A stretch of DNA of 64,000 nt from assembly GCA_002633005.1 (NCBI GenBank), contig NMRA01000721.1:84745-148744 (forward strand), written 5' to 3'. The notes under the pieces are model-generated. The model was given only the letters and a program-made list of their open reading frames with translations, searched no databases and was not told where the DNA came from. Origin of the DNA: Phoronis australis. Its lineage: Eukaryota > Animalia > Phoronida. The position numbers and the translations under genes are program-made. This document shows, piece after piece, positions 53,825-64,000 of the stretch (positions within the stretch are counted from its first letter, which is position 1; every line of letters begins with the position of its first letter).

Positions 53825-56800
53825 ACCCTGCGACTCGAAACTTTGATCTGTTTACCACTTTTTAAACGCGTCTTGCAGATTTGAGTATCAATTTCAGAGA
53901 GTTAAAGGAGAGGTGGGTGCTTGCCAAAGCTATTGGCGCCTTATTGAAGATGTTCACGAGTTACAGGTGGCGATTTGTAGAGGACTTGGCGCTTGTTCCA
54001 ATAAATGTCGCGTCTGATTTGCAATAGTTGGCAACTCAAAACCAGTCTGCTGAAACACCAGTCATGGCTACCGTTCGGCTATGAGTGAGCCCAGTTTTGT
54101 AATCCAAGCGTTTGATGTTATTTGTGATCAAAAGAACCAATGAGACTCATGTTCAAACAGGCTGTTGCATGATATTTCCAAATCATGATCCTCAGCATTT
54201 ACGTCGACCGTGCGTTCAAACAACGGGACCTAGCAGTGTACAGTAGAAATGCGATGCTGTCTGGGATACTGTAATTGGATAATCTCAACATATTACATAA
54301 AAATAATACGTTTTCCCATCACATAGTTTGTTAAGTTAATCGTTAAAGAATTACTGGAAACGTCGATGTTTTGTGACCTGTGATCACGTGTTCTGTTGTG
54401 GTCCAGAACGTTTTTCGGCCCTTCTGAAAATTTGCAAAAGTATCCAAAAATACTGGTCAACAAAACGCGTCAAAGATGTATTCTGCACTATTTCATACTC
54501 ACACGTGACATGTGTGTTTACCACCAAGACATCAATGAGACTGTTCTCTGTTAGTGTTCTTTTGAACTTCATTTCGCAACAATTAAAAGATGGAAGGAGA
54601 AACGCGAATTGCTAGATGTTTGCCAGGTATCTGCCAGAAATGTACATATAAAAACTCACTAATTATATGTTGGAAACTCCAAGCGGCATATTGCAAGTTG
54701 ATACTGGTGGCCAAATCCTCAGGTTGCGTCAGACTTTGAGCCTGTGCAGTTTTATTATTGCAACATTCTAACGTGCAGAGAATATTAGCTAACTGTGACG
54801 ACGCAATTGTGGTTTTAAAATAGGGACGTTCTTGTCATGGTTGTGTGGCTGTCTTTTCAAATTTCATTGTCACTTGTTTGATGAAAGTGGGTCATGAAAT
54901 TAATCACTACGAGTGATTATCACCCTGCTGTAGGTACATGTAACTAGTGAACGCTCGGGTCTGGGAATCGTACTTGTAAAGTAAGAAGAAGCGATACGTT
55001 CCAATTCTTGACCTTTAACCCGATGCTCTGTTCTAATGGTTACTAATGTATTGTGAACTCAATATATATTTCTGAACACGATTAACACGATCAAAATGGC
55101 ATTGCTTGATTTAGTTCAGAAGCCATTTAAAGATCAAATATGTATCAGGTTTTGAACATTTCAGGGAAATGAAATTCAGTGTTGACGTGCAATTGAATGT
55201 TTAACTATTAACTTCCAAAATGTCTTTTATTAGAGGCTTGGAACCCGATAAACAAACTAACTTGAAATATTGGAAGTAATTCTCTACAACATGAACAGAA
55301 TTTAGCCTGCTCACCTGGTGTTCTTAGGGTTTGTTTGTAAATATGTTTAACTTCTGTTCATGTCAGAGCATTTTCTTTTATTTCCAAATTTCAAAAATGC
55401 CATATGTCAACACACAAGGCAAAGCACGTCTCCTTATTTGGAATGGCAGGACATCAATGTTGCAGAAATTTAAGATGATCGATATTCTACCCTAGGATGG
55501 TGTTTATAGATGGAAATGTTAAAAAATGAGGTCTCAAAGAATTTCACATGCAAAGGGAACATCACGATTTCTTTGATGACAAGCAAACACGGAGTACAAA
55601 AAATCTACGCCTTGAACATAAGCCGCACTTTGATGTTACGTCACGATTTGCGGACGGCCACTTGGACCACACGGTTAGTAAATGGACAAAATAAATAAAA
55701 CATACCTACAGGAAGAAAATAATGCGTAATACAACATGGCACCAATACCGAAAAGTATAATAACATGTTGAACCTTAAAACAACTGCCTGTTTGAAAAAT
55801 ATCTACTTGTAAATTAATTTTTAAAATTTCATCGTTTATGAAAAATCACCCGAGAAGTACAATGCGTCACATGAACATCTGTCCATATATTACTAGAAGA
55901 CAATTGGAAATCGATAATTAAATATGCATTTGGACGTCAACACTGTACTGCGTCTCACTACAATTATCAAAACCTGATACACAGTTAAGCATTAAAGATT
56001 CCGCAAGATACAAATTAAGCCACAGTCATTGTGTTCGTTTTTGGTGTGCCTGCATCTCCATCCCGCAAAAATATAAAACAAGAGCGTGAAGAAATATTGA
56101 GTTCATTAATTAACCGCCATAATGAACATACAGCTGAGACAATAGTCAAAAATAAGCGCAGGTCAAAAGTTGGTTGTACGTCTGAGACCGCCTGCACACT
56201 TTTTTAGTGGTTGGTTTTCAGTAGAAGGTTAGAATTCCGGTTTATCCTGGGTAAGTGCATGCAGTCGTGGTTGCATTTGCCCGAGACGAAATGTCACCCC
56301 CCTTATGATATCCTATATCTGCCACCGTATATCACTATATCTGCCATTCATTCTCGACACCTTACTATAGTACTACTGTACAGACCCAACTTTTCATGCG
56401 AGCTGAGATTTTGTCTACTCGTGTCAAGTCGCAATATGCGACTTGGAATTTTCAACATAACCGTACAGAGTTTTACATGTACACCTCTCGGCAAAAACAT
56501 GGCAAATATGAAGCAATTCATGTGGGTCCGACCATTATTTTGTTGTTGCCAAATTAAGTTCAAAAGGACACTAACAGAGAACGGAACTATAAATGTCTAA
56601 CATTTGTAAAAATACATGTATTGCAAAAACATGAAATAATGCGAAATGGATTTTTGACGCGTTTTGTTGAAACGTATTTTTGTATAATTTTGCAAATTTT
56701 CGGATGTGCCGAGGTATATTCCGGAGCACGAGATACAACGTCACAAAACGGTGACGTTTCCAATAATTCTGAAACGATCAACTTAACAAACTTTGTCTTG

Positions 56801-57560
56801 GAAAAAAACATATTATTTTTATGCTAATTGTCCTGATTATAAAATTATAATATCCCTAATCATGGGTGGTGCAGCACTGAAGAATGTGGGGGCTATAGCA
56901 GCCAGACCCCCTGAGGAGCACCGCCCGTAGTCCATGGGTGGCGAAGCACTGAAAACAGGGGGCTACTGCTACACCCCTCACCCCTATGATGCGAAGCCTA
57001 TGCAGATAGTAGATCCCATTGCGGCACAACTTAGTTTTGTTGTTTGTGCGCACGGTCGAGTCCTCGCAGCTATCATGATTCGGAATGTAAAGTAACGACC
57101 TCTTTGAACTCGCCTCCTGTTTTTTTTTTCGCAAAAGACAGAAAGCAAGTGAATTACAACCCTAAGTCCACTTATAGGAAAACGACCTCTTTTTCAGCTG
57201 ACAATTTTTCAGTTTGTACATGTACAGTAACTATTGCAACTTATTTTTTAAACAAGCAGACAAAAAATTTTCAGCAATCATTTTATTCTTCCATTCGCAC
57301 ACCATGCCAATTTTTTACTCCCCAGATCATGAGTCGACTATGTCACTGAAATATGGTGTTGCATCATTTCTTGCTTTGAAACGTTTTGTAACAAGCGCCC
57401 ACTGGTCTACTAATCGCCACTCTTAAGTTTTGACAAAATTCAATAAACCGCCAACTGCTCTGGCAAGCTCCCACCATTAATTTACCTCACTGGAATTGAT
57501 TTTCAACACTTCAAGATGCGTTTAATATGCGGTAACCGGACCAATGTTTCGAGTCGCAGT
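53825..57560. mobile_element. Large foldback-like element with long imperfect inverted arms (about 53825-54730 vs 56380-57560)
   Basis: ctgcgactcgaaac pairs with gtttcgagtcgcag; caacaaaacgcgtcaaa pairs with tttgacgcgttttgttg; ttctctgttagtgttcttttgaactt pairs with aagttcaaaaggacactaacagagaa. Confidence 0.7.
56861..57002. repeat. Two adjacent ~70-bp GC-rich hairpin units (CATGGGTGG...), tiny MITE-like insert
   Basis: catgggtggtgc...gcaccgcccgtag followed by catgggtggcgaagca...gcctatg. Confidence 0.5.
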
Positions 57561-58489
57561 GTAGTAAGTGTGTAATACACTGTAGTCCACGGAGACATTC
57601 TGTTACAAGCGACTGCGTGGTTTGAATTTGTCATCTACGCACTCTATAGTGGGTCACACACTGCTTTAGAACAAATTCCTTTTCAAAAAGAACCCCTCTT
57701 TTATCAATATTTAAAAGCAAATTTCCAGATTCGGTTCATGTCTCCGAAGGATTAGTAACCCCTGCGACATGCATGTTGGGATCAGGTGTCGTTTCGAGGT
57801 TAACCTATATTCTGCAAAATTATATGGCACGTACAGTGTATTCGGTCCCAAGGAGCAAAGTCGAATTACCCGGTAATGGGAAGCCGCTCGGATTGGATAT
57901 TATGTCGAAGCTCCAAGGGAATTCAATGGCAGTAGAGAAAAATACAGTTGCACCAAACAAATTTGGAATTACTAGACGACGCGGGTAAAATCATGATCTC
58001 AACATTTTCTCGACGGCCTAAAACATAATTTGGCACATTTGGTTAATTTTTGCAACCTGTATTCTTAACGGCTTGATGTGTGTCGTGAAATGCAGATATA
58101 AAACGAGTTATTATTAGTTTTGCCTTTGCCATGACCAAAATGTTAAGCATTGTCTAAAAATATGATTGCTTGGATAAATAAGTTTCGTAAACATACTGAA
58201 GCAATGATAAACAAAAACAAACAATAAGCAATGCTTCTTTTCATGTTATCCGCTGTATTATGCGCCTTACCACGGATAATTATTGTTTATTTTTGCATAA
58301 TTTCTTAATATGTTGGTACAGCATTAGAACAAAAGTTTATTTTAAGAACAACAGTAACAATGGCTTTAACATAGTGCAGAGATTAAGATCATGGGTGCAT
58401 GAAAACGGAAGAATGTGATCGGTTAAAGTGTGACACATGATCCATCATCATTCTGAATTTGTTGTCACTTTCAGAGTAAATTGTTTCCT

Positions 58490-59210
58490 ATCTAGCCAGC
58501 TAGCTGTATGGAGACTATAGTCAAAATACAGTAAGGTGCCACTGTGTATTGAGCTCCGACAGACCTCGGAATTGCAAACAGCCCGATAAGTTACATGTAT
58601 GCCCGTCACCTTGCCGTGAAGCTTGTATCAACATTAGCTAAAAACCGGAGGGTGTGCATGCAAAATCTGGAACTCAATTGCCATTCACCTTGCCCGTCAG
58701 GGCCGTTCAAATGAAAAATACAAGACGTCAATTTCTTGTGTAATTCACTGCATTGGTTACAAAGAAATGTATGTCGTCGTTTTGAAAGTAGTACATTCGT
58801 GACACGCGCTACTTACAGGATTTTTTCGACATCACCCATTGGATGAAGACAACATCGCAGCAAAATTTGTTCTAAAATTCGGTTTACAGATATCAAATTC
58901 CAAAAACATACAATGAAGTGAAAACAATTCTGATCATTTGTTGTGACGTTTAACCAACATCGAGGGAGAAAGTGTGATTGAAGAATCTGGGAAAAAGAAA
59001 CTGGCTAATAGGTGACGCAATATTTCATTGCGCCGAAAGTCGAGGCAAAAGTTCACACCACAATTTTAGCAGCAGAGTAATTGTAGAAAAGCAATCTTTG
59101 AAATTCCTGTAGATAATTTAGGTTACTCAAGGAAGATTTTTTTCGGTCAGTTTTTACCCACAACGGCGCAAAGTAGTATATTTAATTTAGTAAACAGCTT
59201 CGTACAAAGG
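58490..59210. mobile_element. Second copy of the spacer plus right arm of the 25818-27118 foldback element
   Basis: tagccagctagctgtatg, gctaaaaaccgga-ggtgtgcatgcaaaatctgg and aataggtgacgcaatatttca are shared with 26430-27200. Confidence 0.8.
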
Positions 59211-60987
59211 CCGAGCCCAATATTTAGCGGTTCGCGTCTACTCCAAGGGGTAACAGTTATATTGATTTACGTTTCATTACAAACTTCTCCTTCTGAGAGT
59301 TTCTTTCTCACAAAAGCGGTCTTCGAATGTAGAATCTGGACTATGGTATGTAGTGTTTGTCATATCATATTAGTTCACGTTCTTTCCGAAATTATCTATA
59401 CGATTGTTTGTTTTTAAAGCAGGGGGATAATTGTGATCAGATATAAATTCGAATGACTTATTGTACATGTACGCGTACGAGCTATTCACAGTTATAACAC
59501 ATAATTCAACCGATATTACAATATATGCATGCCTAAGAACGTGCTCCGAGTCAGTGACCATGTAATCAGTATGCCGTAATTTTTGTTTATCTAAATTTGG
59601 AAGACCTGCTTTGTACTTGGCCTCGGTTTATTAATGTAGGGTAATGACAACACACGACTCTGAAAATTTTGAAAACTTAACTATTTCTTTACGCAGATAC
59701 GTTTTGTCCCCAAGCGTACATTTGATGTACGACGTGGGCACCGACTCTCTGAATGCATCAACCAAGCATATCAATTTTTGAAAATGCCCTCAAAAGTGGT
59801 CTTTTATAAAACACCGTGTTGGCCGTATTCGTCAGTGTAGAAAAGCGAAATAAACCGATTTGTACACACTGCTCAAAGCACTTGTGGACATGCATGTACG
59901 GAAACGTCAACGTCGCTGTCTTACAACGGTGTATGTGCTTGGCATTTCTGATGAAGCGTTCTCATGCTGGATTTTTTTGAAGATTGAGCGCTGTTTCAAA
60001 AAAATGTAGGTCTTCTTACACCAGAGCACAGAAGAATTATTCTGCACCTTGGTTTATTTTCTACCATTTTTTTTCGACATCGCAATCCGGCGCTTTACCA
60101 AAGATTCACGCACGTATGCCGCGTAGAGACAAATACCTCTTCACCACGTATTCACATCTTCGCGTTCAAAATCGTTTTATTTTACGTAATTTGTCAATAT
60201 TTTATTGACAGAAAATATTTATTTTTGGAACAGCGTGAACGAACAACTGATACATGCAACCAGCGCAGATTTTAACGTCACCGATGCACTAAAAACGGAG
60301 TGCGCAAACCTAGAATTGGTTGTAGCCCCAACAGGTGTTTTGTCATGAATTCTCATGAAGTTAATTAAGTGCAAATTTCATCATTTCCTATGACGTACAA
60401 CTATCCCAACAAAACAGTTTATGTTATATAACAATTTCGGACATCTTGTGTTGTTGTTTACTATGCCACTGACCAGTGCCCACTCATAGTGACACCCTAT
60501 ATGGCAAACAGCTGTCCAGACTCCATTCATGTTTATGGTTTGGTTGAAATCACCGAAACTCTCAATATTGCTGTTGTTTTGCACTCAATATTGTTGTTTT
60601 GCACGCACAACCCACACACATTTCTATTCACTACATATATTGTAGCTAGAGTTAATAAACTTTGTGTGTCAGTAGAAACTCAACGACTGTGTTACTTTTT
60701 ATGTTGCTCTCCATCGACTTGCTGTTGCTACCTTGTTAGCCAACTACTGTATCTACCGTTCAACAAAGAACCGGGTAACCACAACTATACTACCACGACC
60801 ATCCCCACACTAGTGGAATCCGTGTCTCCACATTGCCGATATTTCCATCAGGTTTTTACGTGTTTCATGTCACTGACTAAGTTCATGGAAATCGAGTAAC
60901 CACGTGATTTCGAAGTAAGAGTCATCAAAGTCCGTGGGTTTAATGCATACAGGACCGTGAAGTTCACGTCTGTACTGCAAGGGTTAA

Positions 60988-61738
60988 AGGCTAATGCCAC
61001 CCGATTTAATTAGTCTTTTTGCCGTCTTAATCGGTCTATTTTCACATCGCCTCGAATACGGTCGACCTTATCTTGCCAAGAGGTGTCGCGTTAACCTGTG
61101 AAGAAGGTGAGAAACGACGCTAGCGACGTCTGTGGTTCATATGCAGAATGAATGCCGCTATGTTGCGGTGTATCGTTCCAGCTTGTCCGAACTAAGCAGC
61201 CGCGAGGAAAGCGAGTATATCGGGTTTTTTTTACTTCCTCGAGAGTTCGAAATGCTTAGGAAGTGGCTCATGGTAGTGAAGAATGAAATGTACGCTGTAA
61301 ATAGCAAGTATGAGGCCGTGAAACATCTCCGTGTCTGTGGCCTGCAGACGACGTCGACAGTGCCTCACGAATGCCCGGCTTACCAAATAACTCCATACGT
61401 TCCGTTGTCTGAGCTTGTTCACGGCGCCTCTCTAGTATTTCTTCATCACTGTATTCCTGTTCGAATTGATAGCCTGTAAAACTTAACGATCCACCTGCGA
61501 AGTCGGGACTGATGAGCCGCTCTAGCTCGCCCGAAGTCGGGATTGCGAGTTGCCATGTTTGGCGTTTATTACTGAGCGTTCTGTTTCAAAATGAATTATT
61601 CTCACCCTAACCAATACTTATATAAAACTGAAACAAAGTCTGTCTCATTAGATGCAATTTGTAATGCCTTTGGAGTGTCTGTGAGTGCACAAAATGATTT
61701 GAAAAGCCAGCAATGAATAAATCACTGCGTTACCGGCT
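60988..61738. mobile_element. Internally deleted Kolobok-like DNA transposon retaining degenerate 5' ends of two convergent genes
   Basis: TTAA|AG...CT|TTAG flanks. Plus strand carries a THAP remnant: MLRCIVPACPN* then, frameshifted, IGFFLLPREFEMLRKWLMVVKNE...HLRVCGL. Minus strand from ATG at 61556 carries a frameshifted GYQFEQEYSDEE/ILERRRE motif. Confidence 0.55.
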
Positions 61739-62984
61739 TTAGGAGCAATAAAACTAATTGACGGGACACCGAGGCCGTGTGAGCTCATGCTAATTTAGTG
61801 TTAGGGGAATCTTTATTTACATTTACAATACTCAAATAATGATTATCAATGTACAACTTCTGCCCTGACGGTGCTGTGGCCAAAGCGGAACGAATTCGCG
61901 GCCCCCGACGAGTAACTTAAGAAGATTTGCAGTTTCGTGGCTAATTCACCGACATAATCACGTGCACATTACTTTGGCTCACTGGCCAGGATAAGCGTTT
62001 TGTGTTTAGAACTCAGAAAATCACAAGTCTAAACAACACAGATCTATGTTCTCCTGTCTGTATCTCACGGAAAATACTTCGAAATTTTCTCTGAACACAC
62101 CCCAAACTCCTGCTACGGACCTTATGGGCCTGCCGAACTTTGTAGCCCGGGCTACGGTGTGTCCAAATACCAATAAATCCCGTAACAGTGAGATAAAACA
62201 AAAAGTTATTGTGAGAACTCGGTGTATTTTTAAGGGTTTTACATCGAATTTTGATGATTTATTGGTGTTAAACGATGACTCCAAGCGATAACCTGACACC
62301 AGTAACCTGTGTTGTGAACTGCTGAACAGACTGCGTTTGAAACCGATTACGTCATTGGATAATTTCAACACCTCCGTCTGCCGTCAGGTGTCAGGTAACG
62401 CAACCGCACGTGTCGTTATGGAGTAGAACTACTCGATCTAAATTGATACAAATTATGTTGTTTTTTGGGTGGATGCTCCTTTAATACTATGAAAATAAAA
62501 ACCCGGAGTGAGAGCTCTTCGGTGTAACAACTGATGGGTACGTGATAGGAGACCCGTGGAGAATTTTTAAAAACGCAAAAAATTCAGTTCGACGTAACAC
62601 AAACAAAAAAAAAATTGAGCGAAAATGTTAAAAATAGCTTTGTTTACAAAATGACTACAGCCTGTATTGACCGGGAAGCAGCCAATCTAATGCAGCTTGT
62701 TAACGCCAGGAGACAAATTAAAGATCAAATGTAAAGAAAACTTTCAGGTCTTTTTGTCGAAAACTTGTTGCACTGTCAATATTTCAATGATATTACCCCT
62801 TGCCTCCAACATTCGAATCAGCGGGTGTTACTCAACCGATTTGAACTCATGTAACGGAGACAGTAAAACTAGATTAATTTATTTGACCCTGTGCTAAGAC
62901 GAATATGCATCGTCACGCAAAGTGGTACCAGCATGACAATCTATTACGCAACTGCTACTCTAACCTAAAAATAGCAGCCCACCA

Positions 62985-63150
62985 ACTGGTCGGCTGATGG
63001 CCAGTCGGCTAAAGTTCATTTGAAGGGTCGGCTGGGGAAGCGCCTAAGTTATGAGTCGGCACTGCGGCCGGCTTGCCGGCAAATTTGCCGGTCGACGGGC
63101 GGTCGTCGACCAATTTCCGACCAGTCGGACAAAAATTCGTGATGTGTGCT
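62985..63150. repeat. GC-rich, palindrome-rich segment, probable DNA-transposon terminus
   Basis: gccggcaaatttgccgg, gtcgac...gtcgac, and ctggtcgg vs ccgaccag. Confidence 0.4.
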
Positions 63151-64000
63151 GAAGGTCAAAGTTTTCCGTATCCCGTTACATGATAAATCTTATATAAAAA
63201 TGTAATAATGGTCATCTTCAATCTACCCATACCATAGTCTTGAATGACAACTTCGTTGCGTGAGCCAGACAAAACTGGTAACACTTTCTTAGCCGGAGAA
63301 AGGCGAAGAAGGGATATTGCGAAAAAATGCAAACCAATTTTCTTATCATCAAAGCTTAAATCAATAACACCAAGTAGCAGAATTTTAGACCAATAAGGAA
63401 TTGTTTTATCAGTATTACAAAACTACCATAATTTAACTTCACCATGTTTTGCAAGTAGGATGTAAAGCTTATTTCTAGAAAAGAATCAAATTCTTACTTC
63501 CCCGCGTCAGGTCTTCATTTACATTGGACACAACCTGCTTGATATCCGCATGCAGTTTTACAAAACGCAGACAAATTCATCAAAATTGGGGTTGAAGTCT
63601 GAGTAATTTGCAGACGGGTCCACAAACGAGAGTCAGGACTTGACTGAACTGTCCAATTTTTCCAGATCAGTATATTGCATCAATTTGCATTGAATATTTT
63701 CAAATTCTTTTGAGTTGGAAAATGATTTTTCCAGAACATTATTTAGAGTAAGATGTCCAAAGTGGGGCAAGTTACGTGTACACTAGTTTAATTAACGTCC
63801 AGACACCACCCCTAGCCTCGCAACAACTCGTTTCAAGAATAGCATATTCTACGACAAGGTTGTATGCGCATGGCCCTGATGCCTAATATCTCTGCTCACA
63901 GCTTATTTCTAAATTAGGAGGTATTCTACAACCGCGGTTGATCGAAAATAATTAAAAATATATCATACTGCCTGACATCAAATTACCGTCAAATTACTTT

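Noticed and set aside
63490-63770. Minus-strand coding-like stretch ending at a GTAAG
   Set aside because: Contains stops and a frameshift and matches no family I recognise.

Overview
AT-rich, repeat-dense animal genomic DNA with spliceosomal GT-AG introns, a tRNA-derived SINE, THAP/Kolobok-type and L1/Tx1 remnants, and scaffold N-gaps. It looks like a marine invertebrate, possibly a deuterostome, but the species cannot be determined from the sequence. Most ORF-track entries are noise; the real coding signal is short exons on the minus strand. (1) 48.8-51.8 kb: six phase-0 exons, each encoding exactly one ankyrin repeat. The middle four lie in a tandem array of ~456-460 bp exon+intron units with near-identical introns. 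They show no synonymous differences and differ mainly at target-binding positions, which suggests a diversifying 'natural DARPin' cassette. (2) 29.1-29.9 kb: an open 845-bp exon encoding a ZU5-like domain plus a possible UPA-like region. (3) 1-37 kb: tandem segmental duplications carrying broken paralogues of that exon and of the small exons upstream of it. The window also holds several satellites/minisatellites, foldback elements and one probable assembly-induced duplication. Whether the ankyrin exons splice to the ZU5 exon cannot be shown from the sequence alone.
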